The translations under genes and the position numbers were made by a program. 64,000 bases of DNA from the IMG/VR virus record IMGVR_UViG_3300042914_003272, positions 1 to 64,000 of that record; one strand, given 5' to 3'. The stretch is from a virus. Its lineage: Duplodnaviria > Caudoviricetes. Of this stretch, positions 10,359-19,557 are shown piece after piece (the first letter of the stretch is position 1; every line of letters starts with the position of its first letter). The notes under the pieces were generated by a model. It saw nothing but the letters and a program-made list of their open reading frames with translations. It did not search any database and was not told the DNA's origin.

Positions 10359-10789
10359 TAATAATCCCCTCCACGCACTGTTAATATAATTCCACTAGCT
10401 ACGGCTGTTCCCAAACTACAATACAAACTTACCCCACCTTCTAAGTGCATACCTGTATTGCCTGAAGGAAGAATTGCAGGTAAAGTAAATGAAGCTGGTG
10501 CAATTGCTGTAGTGTTGTTAGAACTACTTGTAGCAGTTAGGCTAAGTTCATTCTCAAGGTAATACTGGGTATCATCTGCAAACTTACTGTAGAGCCTTGC
10601 CACTGTTGCTACATTATCTCCTTGATGTCTTACATCAATTGCATGAATAAGACATCCATTATCTCCTACAGTTCCTAAAAGGACGGGTGTTTCTGTGGTG
10701 ATAGCTCTAGGAGTTACTTGTGCTAATAGTCTGGCTTTCCAGTAAATAATGCTCTTTGGATAAATAGGCTGTACATTGGGATTAGCCAT
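10358..10789 (-). CDS. putative structural protein
   Basis: 143-aa beta-rich ORF in virion operon. Confidence 0.5.
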   Translation of the reverse strand: MANPNVQPIYPKSIIYWKARLLAQVTPRAITTETPVLLGTVGDNGCLIHAIDVRHQGDNVATVARLYSKFADDTQYYLENELSLTATSSSNNTTAIAPASFTLPAILPSGNTGMHLEGGVSLYCSLGTAVASGIILTVRGGDY

Positions 10790-10836
10790 AAATATTATTT
10801 TATTTAAGTTCTTAGTAGATACAATTCCTAGTAAGG

Positions 10837-10858
10837 GCTAATGCCCTAGTGATGGTGA
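10837..10858 (+). promoter_or_regulatory. class A hairpin element (antisense, no + ORF)
   Basis: AGGGC-TAAT-GCCCT, +11nt TGA. Confidence 0.65.
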
Positions 10859-10870
10859 TTTAGATTGGAA

Positions 10871-11359
10871 TTAAAACCCAAAGCTACCAGCTAACTGAGT
10901 AAATTCAACTTTTCTACTAGCCACCGAAGTGTCAGCTACACCTGGAAGCGCATTAATGTAAACACTTCCAGTTCTGCTAAACATTTGTTGCTGCCAACCT
11001 TCTTCGTTATAGTTAGGAACGTGAAGCATCTGAGCTAAAGTTCTAGTTTCTTCCCTATAATTTTCTTTCCATAATCTCAAGTCCTTAATCTGTTCTCTAA
11101 GAATTGTTCTATTAACATCCCCTGCATAGAACTCTTTAGTACCAAATCTAACGGTTGTAGTTTTGGTTGCCTTCATAGCATCATAGGCATCATCACAGAT
11201 ATCTAACTGATACAACACCTCTGTTTTCATATACTCGGAAAAAATGGTATTACAGGCTTCTTCTACCTGTGCTAAGTCACCTGCGTCAATACCAACTCTT
11301 GCACCCATACCAAGGTGAAAATAGACTCTTTCTTTGTCGTTAAATGATAAAGCTACCAT
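10871..11359 (-). CDS. putative head-tail connector/adaptor
   Basis: LS..DKERVYFHLG N-terminus, helical, downstream of head genes. Confidence 0.45.
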   Translation of the reverse strand: MVALSFNDKERVYFHLGMGARVGIDAGDLAQVEEACNTIFSEYMKTEVLYQLDICDDAYDAMKATKTTTVRFGTKEFYAGDVNRTILREQIKDLRLWKENYREETRTLAQMLHVPNYNEEGWQQQMFSRTGSVYINALPGVADTSVASRKVEFTQLAGSFGF

Positions 11360-11362
11360 GAC

Positions 11363-11908
11363 CTACATTATTCTCCCCAAATGCCTTGCTAAATTAATAG
11401 ATGCTCTTTTAATAAAATCTCTTGAAGCTTTATTTTCCCACAATTTTTCTGAAACAAAATCTCCTGCTACATCACCAATCATCCCACTAATGCTAGTGGC
11501 TAAAGGATTAGAATTGCCTTCCTCGTCTTTGAATAGCTGACTGCCAATTAATTGCCCCGTCAACATACCAGCACCGCTTCCTACAGCTAAAGCACCTGCT
11601 TTGACAGGACTCATACCAGATATATTTCTGTTAACAATGTATTCAACCCCTGAGTCAATTATAGGATTAACAACCCAAGTATTTAGATTGTTTAAATTTT
11701 GGATTGTTTCATTTTCAGGCATAAATTGCGCTGCTGTGGACAGTCCAAAAGAACCAATTGTTAAAGGAACTGACCCTTGAATCATTCTATATTGAAAAGG
11801 ATTTTTAACCTGCCATTCAGCATCTTGCAATTTGTTAAAAAACTCTACATTCTTTCTTGCGTACCCTTCAGGGTCTTGCATCATAACTCTAGCTGCTCTA
11901 CCTACCAT
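11363..11908 (-). CDS. putative ejection/membrane-associated virion protein
   Basis: Gly-zipper-like hydrophobic segments. Confidence 0.4.
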   Translation of the reverse strand: MVGRAARVMMQDPEGYARKNVEFFNKLQDAEWQVKNPFQYRMIQGSVPLTIGSFGLSTAAQFMPENETIQNLNNLNTWVVNPIIDSGVEYIVNRNISGMSPVKAGALAVGSGAGMLTGQLIGSQLFKDEEGNSNPLATSISGMIGDVAGDFVSEKLWENKASRDFIKRASINLARHLGRIM

Positions 11909-11911
11909 ATA

Positions 11912-12457
11912 TTACATCCCCATCTTATGCAAAGTGCTAGACAATAAATAAATTATTTTATCTCTAAGCTGTTTTTCATATTCTTGTAGTTGATTAGCAT
12001 CACAAGCACAACCAATTTCAGATAAGTAGTTACCAGCTTTACAGCAGTAATCTTTCAACACCAAGGTGGCTTCCAATAACCAACTAGCAAATTCAGCACC
12101 TTCCATGGATGCTAATGGAAATGGCTTATATTTCTTTGACAATTGGCTGTTGTTGGCAGCAAACACGCAACCAACTTGAATAGGACAAGCGCAATCTAAA
12201 CCACCTATGGATTCTGCTATGGCATCAATTGAAAGTATTTCTGCCAGTGCATTACCACATCTTTCAAATAGTAAGTGGTCTTGATAAAAAACACTTCCTC
12301 TATTATTTAAATGAGCTAACAGAAAACAACCTTGAAGGAATGTAGAGTCAGCAATTAGTTGATGATAGATTTGAATTGTAATACCAACTTTATCTACTTC
12401 TTGAGGTTGTGGTAAAGCTAATTGAGGATTAGTTTTGTAATTGGCTGATTGTTCCAT
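11912..12457 (-). CDS. Dps/ferritin-like protein
   Basis: AHLNNRGSVFYQDHLLFE...IDAIAESI matches Dps HWN.G.F..H..FE...D..AER pattern. Confidence 0.6.
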   Translation of the reverse strand: MEQSANYKTNPQLALPQPQEVDKVGITIQIYHQLIADSTFLQGCFLLAHLNNRGSVFYQDHLLFERCGNALAEILSIDAIAESIGGLDCACPIQVGCVFAANNSQLSKKYKPFPLASMEGAEFASWLLEATLVLKDYCCKAGNYLSEIGCACDANQLQEYEKQLRDKIIYLLSSTLHKMGM

Positions 12458-12459
12458 AA

Positions 12460-12879
12460 TTAAAATACCAACACCTCTTTCAATTCATCCCAGTTAATAG
12501 CCAAATCACTGTTTAGTTCTTTAAGTTCTTCTATGTCTTGATAACCAGATGAAGGCTTGTTGGCTAGTATTTTCTTAGCTCCTGCTCTACCAATCCCAGG
12601 TAGTGACTTGTGCATTTCCGTAAAAGAAACCTGATTGATATTCACACTTTCAGGGTCAGGTATTTCCTCATCTTTTTTACCACCTTCTAGTGAAGTGATT
12701 ACAGTATCGTCATCAACTATCCGTAAGTTAGCTCCCGGTTCTCCCGGTGGAGTGGCTAATACCTGGACTTTTTTATTGCCACCATCTTCTGTGGGTTGGT
12801 TATAATAAATGTACCAACCATGGGAGAATTGTTGCCCAGGAACTAATTGCACTTCTTGTCCTTTGTAGATATATTTCAT
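12460..12879 (-). CDS. helix-hairpin-helix (ComEA-like) DNA-binding protein
   Basis: VNINQVS..EM..SLPGIGRAGAKKIL. Confidence 0.7.
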   Translation of the reverse strand: MKYIYKGQEVQLVPGQQFSHGWYIYYNQPTEDGGNKKVQVLATPPGEPGANLRIVDDDTVITSLEGGKKDEEIPDPESVNINQVSFTEMHKSLPGIGRAGAKKILANKPSSGYQDIEELKELNSDLAINWDELKEVLVF

Positions 12880-12880
12880 A

Positions 12881-13192
12881 TTAAACCTTTATATTATTAA
12901 CTATTTCTTGTATACCTTCTTCCGCTATTTCCTTTTTCTCGTAATCCTCATCATCAAAAACAAAATCAATGAAGGCTTTATAAGCACTTGCGTTAACAGA
13001 TTTTAAACAAGCCCCAAGGATTAATAGACAACTAAGATACATCTCTTTCCATTCAGTCAATCCATAATGAATAGACTTTTTAAGAATTTCATTTAGTTCA
13101 AACCCAATACTTTCTTCGCTAAAGTTTTTAGAAAGATTGTCCAATGAAAAATTAATTATTCTAATTGTTATTTCATCTGTAGGATTATCCAT
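12881..13192 (-). CDS. hypothetical protein
   Basis: AAGGA RBS, operon packing. Confidence 0.55.
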   Translation of the reverse strand: MDNPTDEITIRIINFSLDNLSKNFSEESIGFELNEILKKSIHYGLTEWKEMYLSCLLILGACLKSVNASAYKAFIDFVFDDEDYEKKEIAEEGIQEIVNNIKV

Positions 13193-13243
13193 GATTTCCT
13201 TTTAAATAATTTATTTAAGCCCCAATAATAGGGGCATTTACTT

Positions 13244-13828
13244 TTAGTTTGTAGGTGCTAAGAAACCAAAATCTTCACGAGTACCAAATGGGTTGACAGT
13301 TATAAATCCAATCTCCACGTCAATAATGGTGTCTGTAGAAACTGTCATTGTAGATGCAGCAGCAGCAGCACCAGCACCACCATCTGTAGCAAATAGACGA
13401 TAGGTAACGTTACTAGAACCAACAGTTGTAGCAGCATCAAAGTTTAATTGTTCTACAGCACCAGCAGGCACAGCAAGAATGTTAGAAGCCGCAGCAGCAG
13501 ATTCTACATACAATGCCGCAGTTGCATTAGTTAAAGTAGGAGCGCACTTAATTTTTCCGGTAGCAGCACCTAAAGTAATAGCACCACGATTGATTAAACG
13601 AACTCCGGTAATCCGAGAGTTAGCATAAACCAACATTGAGTTGTTATTGGAAGTTCCACGGTGCTGGGAAGGGCGGACAATATCAACACTGGCATAACTT
13701 ACACCAGCTTTAAGAGTTGCAAAACCCCTCCAGAAGCCGTAACTGTACATCCCTCTACTTACTACAGTTTCGGTAAAAGAAGACTCTGAACTTTGTCGGT
13801 CACAAGTGTTGATTATATTTAAAGCCAT
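13244..13828 (-). CDS. putative capsid decoration/structural protein
   Basis: Ala/Thr-rich, GAGGA RBS, next minus-strand gene after the capsid gene. Confidence 0.5.
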   Translation of the reverse strand: MALNIINTCDRQSSESSFTETVVSRGMYSYGFWRGFATLKAGVSYASVDIVRPSQHRGTSNNNSMLVYANSRITGVRLINRGAITLGAATGKIKCAPTLTNATAALYVESAAAASNILAVPAGAVEQLNFDAATTVGSSNVTYRLFATDGGAGAAAAASTMTVSTDTIIDVEIGFITVNPFGTREDFGFLAPTN

Positions 13829-13852
13829 TCAACTATCCTCTCAAATAAAGGG

Positions 13853-13874
13853 GCGATTGCCCCGGTGTTGGTGA
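13853..13874 (+). promoter_or_regulatory. class A hairpin element
   Basis: GGGGC-GATT-GCCCC, +11nt TGA. Confidence 0.7.
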
Positions 13875-13976
13875 AAGCTAAAAGCTATAACAGCAAAACT
13901 GCTCTGGTAAACTAATAGTTAGAACTTAGTTTTCCTAGCAAAATAAACGGAGCAGTAAGCAAAGCGTCTGCAAAAT

Positions 13977-14405
13977 ATGGTTAAGAAAAAATCTGAACTG
14001 GATTTAGACTACATTCCTCCAAGGTGGAAACCTGGGGAAGCTGTAGTTCTTCTAATGAACCGAGATGGTAAAACTTATTTTGTGGGTGGTTACGAAGTTT
14101 TTAATCCCGAAAAAGAACACAGCTTATGTAAAGGGTATATGCCAATTACATTACCTTCTACTAAAAAGCCCCGTTATAGGGAATTGTTAGTAGTTAAAAA
14201 GGGTCAAAAAGGTAGACCTGTTAGAAAAAAGGAAAGTGAAGTTCTTAAATTATCCGATGTTCCTAAAGGTAAGATTTACTCATTTGAAGAACTCTTTGGC
14301 TGTGCCGGAGGAGTAACTGTTATGGCAGGGTCTTATGCTCAGTCAGAGCAGGAAGATTTAAGCCTCGGTATAGCACCTTTTGTAGAAGAAATTATTGAGG
14401 AGTGA
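13977..14405 (+). CDS. hypothetical protein
   Basis: 142-aa ORF downstream of class A element 13853. Confidence 0.6.
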   Translation: MVKKKSELDLDYIPPRWKPGEAVVLLMNRDGKTYFVGGYEVFNPEKEHSLCKGYMPITLPSTKKPRYRELLVVKKGQKGRPVRKKESEVLKLSDVPKGKIYSFEELFGCAGGVTVMAGSYAQSEQEDLSLGIAPFVEEIIEE

Positions 14406-14409
14406 ATCA

Positions 14410-14901
14410 ATGGTTAAAATTAGCAAACCACCAGCCGAAAGGTTTTGGGGTAAAGTTGACGTGTGTGGTGAGGATGAATGTTGGGAATGGCAAGCCAGAA
14501 TTAATAATGGTGGTTACGGACAATTTAGGTTTGACCCTAACAAAGCTCATTATCCTGCACATCGTGCCTCTTGGATTTTAGCTAATGGTGAAATACCAGA
14601 AAGATTAATTGTTTGTCATAAATGTGATAACAGAAAATGTGTTAATCCTAAGCATTTATTTCTTGGCACTCACAAAGACAATATGCAAGACATGATTAAA
14701 AAGGGAAGGCAAAACTATTACCAGTTACCACCAAGAAAAGGTTCTGAGCATGGATGTTCCAAGCTTACTGAATCTCAAATATTTGAGATAAGGGAAAAGC
14801 TAAAGCAAGGACTATCCTGTTGTGCAATTGGTAGAGAATATGGAGTTTCTAATCAATTGATTAACAGAATTAAACAGGGTGAAGCCTGGACTCACGTTTA
14901 A
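14410..14901 (+). CDS. free-standing HNH homing endonuclease with C-terminal HTH
   Basis: CWEW..GYG..AHRASW..VCHKCDNRKCVNPKHL..GT..DN; ATG 14410 follows a GAGGAG RBS. Confidence 0.9.
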   Translation: MVKISKPPAERFWGKVDVCGEDECWEWQARINNGGYGQFRFDPNKAHYPAHRASWILANGEIPERLIVCHKCDNRKCVNPKHLFLGTHKDNMQDMIKKGRQNYYQLPPRKGSEHGCSKLTESQIFEIREKLKQGLSCCAIGREYGVSNQLINRIKQGEAWTHV

Positions 14902-14903
14902 AC

Positions 14904-14934
14904 AAAAAAATTGAGGGGTTTTACCCCCTCTTTT
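14904..14934. terminator. bidirectional intrinsic terminator between HNH and capsid gene
   Basis: A7-run, GAGGGG-TTTTAC-CCCCTC, T-run. Confidence 0.7.
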
Positions 14935-14939
14935 CTGCG

Positions 14940-15004
14940 CTAGTTAGTAAAACTTCTACAAGTAGTTACAAATCTAGCGTCTAGTAATTCCCAGCTTCCA
15001 TATA
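14940..15004 (-). CDS. major capsid protein exon 2 (LYGSWELLDARFVTTCRSFTN*)
   Basis: In frame after splicing 15269..15005; ends at TAG just before the terminator. Confidence 0.85.
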
Positions 15005-15269
15005 CGGATGTTACCCTAAAGGCTCTTTATCCTTTAGCTCTTACAGTTAAACCACTACCTGTAAGTCCAGACTATCTCTTCAACTCAGTGAGTTGTTCGG
15101 CACTCGTGTTGGGATTATTGCTTGAGTTGCTCACCCATTAGTCGTTACACCTTCCTGGGTACTTATTACTCTTCCCCTGGCTTGGCACGGTATTTGCCAT
15201 TTAAGTGGCGGCATCCACCGTTTTCACCGAATTATTGCCTACTTGTTGCCAAGTAGCGAGACAATATTC
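15005..15269 (-). ncRNA. group I self-splicing intron (265 nt, no ORF) in major capsid gene
   Basis: P1 GAGAU/GUCUC with U-G at splice site, P3 UUCGGU/GCCGAA, P7 GACUA/UAGUC, GUAACGACUA and AAGAGAUAGUCU core elements, terminal G. Confidence 0.92.
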
Positions 15270-16386
15270 ATCTCCAAATGGCTATGACAAACCGTTGAAA
15301 ATCGTCGTTGTTATTAAGTAGAATTTCTGGTCCATTACCACCTAATCCAACCCCAATAGCTTCAGCCCCATAGAAGATTCCCAGTTCTCCAGTTCTAACT
15401 GCACTACCATTAGGTGCATTAGTAGTGTTAACAGAGTTGGTATAATTAAGTGTAACCTGTGCTTTAGGTAAGTTGTTAGAGGCGAAAAATCTTACGCCGT
15501 CAAAAACAAAACCCATAGGCATCATTACTTGACCCATTACATCGTTTGCCTGCCCACCGGTTAAACCAGATTGCCAAGGAGCAGCATTGAAGTTTATTTG
15601 GGGAGGAGCAAAACTACCAGCAGCACCGTTAGTCATGGCAGATGCCGGAACTAAGCTGGGGTTACTAGCGTAGTATCGGGTAATCTCTAGGAACTTGCTA
15701 TCACTTCTCAAATGTTTGATGAAGATAGCAGAACAAGCGCAGACATAGTTACCATCTTCAAACTGTGGGCAGTTACGGGTAAACAAATCTGCTACTACGG
15801 TCTCTAAGTCATTGACATTAAATTGAGGTGGTTGTCCGTTAAATCCAAAGTCAGCTTGAGTTAGGTTGACCGTTGCACCATCGGCAATACCCCGTGGATT
15901 GTAAATAAAAGTTGTCTTCAATAACTCGTTGGTATATAGACGGTCTTCCCATTTACGGAAGTCCTGGAGAAGGTTAGAACTACCAATACTATCGTGAAAC
16001 GCACGTTGCCCGTATTGCCATAGTTGGCGTTGAGCAGTCATGATGTCTTTGATAGGAATCTGAAAAGTAGATGGACTTTCAGGATTGTTTGGGTCGGCTG
16101 GTCCAGTATACTCTTCGAGAGTTAATATCACTTTATCTTTGGTGATATTCCGAGAGTTGTTTACACCAATTACCTGAGTAGCACCCCGTTGACGTGCAGC
16201 TTTATTGAAGCCAGCTTCAGGGGTTTGCCAGAATGCGTATCTGTCTAACTGAATATTGTCACCCGGCTGCTTCATGAAATCATGTTTTACCCGTGGTCGA
16301 GTAATGTATTTCATAATGTATTTAGCATCAGGGCGATACAGTTCTTGTCCTAAAAGAATGGGAAAATCTGCATCAATAAAAGCCAT
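15270..16386 (-). CDS. major capsid protein exon 1 (393 aa after splicing)
   Basis: FIDADFPILLGQELYRP...NDDFQRFVIAIW capsid-like sequence downstream of portal/scaffold; GAGG RBS. Confidence 0.85.
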
Positions 16387-16490
16387 TTATTTTTTAATAA
16401 CCTCATAGGAAATATAAGATTTAGATATAGTTGTTTACAGGCTTAGTCCCTTAATCGTTCCTTGCGATTAAGGGATTTATTTTTGTTTAT

Positions 16491-18041
16491 TTATCTTCTG
16501 TGGACACGATTGTGAATAATATCCATTCTGTCTCTAGCGTCACTCCTAGCTTGACTTAAGTTACCCAATCCTCCTGTTTCTTCTATGATTTGTAAAAGAC
16601 TATCATAATCTACAGTAGGAGCAATGCGGTATTCTTGGACATCATCACCAAATCGAGAATCGTAATTCCTTGAGTTGATAATTTGTTGGTTTACCTCATC
16701 TTGCATTTCTGCTATTTGAGATTCTACTTTTCTGGCATTATTGCTTGCCCAAGCTGGCAAGCTATATTTACCTCTTCCTTCAAAGTTTCCACCAATTAAT
16801 CTATTTCCCGGTGGGTCACTTGGCGGGGTATAGGGTCTATTCTGTGCATCAATAGCCCATTGAGGAAGTTTGTTTGAATTCTCTCTATTACGGTAATTCC
16901 CACCAACAAAAGTTCTTTCTGGCGTATCAACTACGCTCTTTTTTTTTTGAGCCTCCCAATATCCATCAGCTTCACCAAATACATCAAAATTGGAATGCGT
17001 ATTACCTTGCTTTCGAGCCTCGTAATTAACTCTATTATCTTCTAACCATCGTATAGATGCTGTTAGCTCATCTACATCACGTGGATGGTACTTTGGCTGG
17101 AGATTTTGAAGTCTTTGCTGTTCAGCCAACTCCTGCTGTTGCCTAGCAGCCAACTCCCGTAACCTTAAAGCCTCTTCCATCATTTCCTGTCCTGGTTCTT
17201 TAGGTGGTTGTTTTATTACCACAGTTTTCATTCCAGGTGGAGACATTGGGTTTTGTAGCTCCATTGGGTTAAGTGGAATTACTTGAACAACTGGACGTTC
17301 AGCATTAACGTCAATTGTCATACCACCTAGACCTGGATTAGAAGGTACTGGTTTCCACCATTCAGGATGTGCAGTTTTTATCTCAGAAATTCTTTGGTTA
17401 ACATAATAACTGTCTTCAGGCGTTGTGTAAAACCCACCTTCAGGGTCTGATATATCTTTAATGGCTTGAATAAAAGCACGGTCGTCTAAATCACGCCAAT
17501 TAGAAGCAGGTTTAACTGATTGAGGTTGTTGTGACACTTGCGCCACTTGTGCTGTTTGTTCATATTTCTCTACTTCCTTGCCTACAATGTCTGACATTCT
17601 ATTATGAATTGCTTTTCTGTCGTTTGTTGACCCGCTGTAATCATGCCTGGTGGTATAAAACTCTTTAAACTGGTCATCGCTCATATTGCGAAAATCAGGG
17701 TACGGAGGTTTTACGGTTTCAGCAACATCAATATCAATATCAATATCCGGCGACTGTTGGGGTTGTGACGATACACCTGCATTCATTCCACGAGCGCGAG
17801 CATCTAAATTATTGTGAACTCTATTTTTTACCCATTTGTTAAACCCATAATTACTTGCCGCCCCTATTGCTGCACCACCCAAAGCAGCAACAAAAGGGTT
17901 GATATCATTAGACTCAATTGTATTACCATATTCATCTAGTGTTGGTTTAGAGATAGCATTATAGGCTAATGCACCACCACTTCCAAGTAGTCCCATGGCG
18001 GCTGCACTACCAAGTATTCTCATTGCATCATTAGCTTGCAT
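16491..18041 (-). CDS. putative ejection/internal protein
   Basis: Two Gly/Ala hydrophobic segments then low-complexity Q/P region. Confidence 0.45.
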   Translation of the reverse strand: MQANDAMRILGSAAAMGLLGSGGALAYNAISKPTLDEYGNTIESNDINPFVAALGGAAIGAASNYGFNKWVKNRVHNNLDARARGMNAGVSSQPQQSPDIDIDIDVAETVKPPYPDFRNMSDDQFKEFYTTRHDYSGSTNDRKAIHNRMSDIVGKEVEKYEQTAQVAQVSQQPQSVKPASNWRDLDDRAFIQAIKDISDPEGGFYTTPEDSYYVNQRISEIKTAHPEWWKPVPSNPGLGGMTIDVNAERPVVQVIPLNPMELQNPMSPPGMKTVVIKQPPKEPGQEMMEEALRLRELAARQQQELAEQQRLQNLQPKYHPRDVDELTASIRWLEDNRVNYEARKQGNTHSNFDVFGEADGYWEAQKKKSVVDTPERTFVGGNYRNRENSNKLPQWAIDAQNRPYTPPSDPPGNRLIGGNFEGRGKYSLPAWASNNARKVESQIAEMQDEVNQQIINSRNYDSRFGDDVQEYRIAPTVDYDSLLQIIEETGGLGNLSQARSDARDRMDIIHNRVHRR

Positions 18042-18044
18042 TAC

Positions 18045-18584
18045 TTACGCTCCTCGTTGTTGAGACATTTGAGACATTTGAGCCATTTGAGCTTTGTAAT
18101 TTAAAATCTTCTGACGTTCTTGCTCTTGCTCTATTAACCTTTGTTGACGTTGTTCTTCTTGTTGCATCAACCTTATCTGGCGAATCTTTTCTTGGTACAT
18201 AGCTTGTTGAGCTATGGGGTCTTTTTCAAGATGTGCATTAAGTAATTCTGTGGGAGAAATTCTATTCATAGGTACTTCACCATTCAGGACTCGCTGCCGA
18301 TATCCTTCTTGAGTAAGTCCCATATCTGCATCAAAAACATTTGATACTCTGTCTGATAGCCAACCACCACCCAATGCACCAATAGTTCCGGCAAGAACTC
18401 CAGGAATACCGCCTCCAAAAGTTCTATATCCAGCCAAGCCGCCAGCTAGATTCCCTGCTGTATTTGCTGCTGTTCTTTCCCATTTCTCATCAAATCTATC
18501 TCCCTCACCGCCAATTAAGGCGTTAGCCCCATAAACTCCTGCGGGTATTAAGCCCATTGCGGCTAATTCTATTGCAGTTGCCAT
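18045..18584 (-). CDS. putative ejection protein (Gly-zipper plus Q-rich coil)
   Basis: GGLAG..GGIPGVLAGTIGALGGG. Confidence 0.45.
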   Translation of the reverse strand: MATAIELAAMGLIPAGVYGANALIGGEGDRFDEKWERTAANTAGNLAGGLAGYRTFGGGIPGVLAGTIGALGGGWLSDRVSNVFDADMGLTQEGYRQRVLNGEVPMNRISPTELLNAHLEKDPIAQQAMYQEKIRQIRLMQQEEQRQQRLIEQEQERQKILNYKAQMAQMSQMSQQRGA

Positions 18585-18636
18585 AATTTTTCTCTCTGAA
18601 TAATTTAATTAGGGAGTATTTGAACTCCCATAAAAT

Positions 18637-19557
18637 CTATACCTGAATCAAGACCTTACCTTCCCACATACCTTGACGTTCCATAGCATCAGCTACTTTC
18701 CATCGCTCTGAAGGGTGGATTTGAGATAAGTCAGGAACTCCAGGTTGAGGATTGCTAAGAACTGCTGGGAAGTCAGGTCTAACTAGTGGTGCTGCGTTAG
18801 GACGTTCTGGTAATGGTTGAACGTAAGTAAAGAAATCTACCGTATAAGCAGCTAAACTATCAGGGTCGGTCATCAAGTTCTCCATTGCTTGATAACGTTG
18901 AATGTGTGGGGCTAACGCCTGAATAGTCTCGAAAGAGCGGACGTTATAAGCCATTGACTCTTGATAAGCTTGAGTCAATGCTTCCATTTTATCTTCAAGC
19001 TGACAAGCGTACTCGTTTAGAATTTCCGCAGCACGTGGTCCGAATTGCTGAATCAGTTCTTCAGTTGAACTGTTAGAGTAATTTCTTCTACCGGGGAAGT
19101 TATCAGTTTTTTGGCTTGGGTTTACGTTTAGTAAAAGCTTTTGAGAATGTTGGGAATAGCTGCTGCCAGATACTACCGGGTTCTCTTGCTGATACTGCGA
19201 GGTCTGGGGGTATGCCTGCTGGCGTGCTTCCGTAACCTGGTTGACTACCGAGTAAGGGTTGTTGGGGTTGTGAGTTCCTGGTAACGTCCGTGACTGTTGC
19301 CCCTGCTGAGGGAATCCCAACGGTGTACTCAGGCGGGATAGCAAGTTGTTGATTAAGTTGTCCTTCCATGAGTCCGGGTTGTTGGCTCTGTTGATTGATT
19401 CCGTTGAGGGGTAGGACTCCTGATGACTGTAAGGGGGTTGGGTAGGTTGGGACTGCTGGGGAAATTGAACTACTTGACCTGGACTTTGTTGAGGTTGATA
19501 CTCCGGTTGCATTGCCGCTGACCCCTGAGATGGGAAGTTGATTGCTGTATTGGTCAT
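18637..19557 (-). CDS. putative capsid scaffolding protein
   Basis: Disordered Q/P N-terminus, coiled-coil middle, between portal and capsid gene. Confidence 0.55.
   Translation of the reverse strand: MTNTAINFPSQGSAAMQPEYQPQQSPGQVVQFPQQSQPTQPPYSHQESYPSTESINRANNPDSWKDNLINNLLSRLSTPLGFPQQGQQSRTLPGTHNPNNPYSVVNQVTEARQQAYPQTSQYQQENPVVSGSSYSQHSQKLLLNVNPSQKTDNFPGRRNYSNSSTEELIQQFGPRAAEILNEYACQLEDKMEALTQAYQESMAYNVRSFETIQALAPHIQRYQAMENLMTDPDSLAAYTVDFFTYVQPLPERPNAAPLVRPDFPAVLSNPQPGVPDLSQIHPSERWKVADAMERQGMWEGKVLIQV

Noticed and set aside
15268-15270. TGA read-through or alternative genetic code in the capsid gene
   Set aside because: Explained by the group I intron; other genes are intact under the standard code.
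18504-18530. Minus-strand GGCTAACGCC with TGA downstream; similar cores at 8970, 27871, 30214, 39979, 52883, 54557
   Set aside because: TGR is not at the 11-nt position; mostly Ala-Asn-Ala or Ala-Leu-Ala codons.
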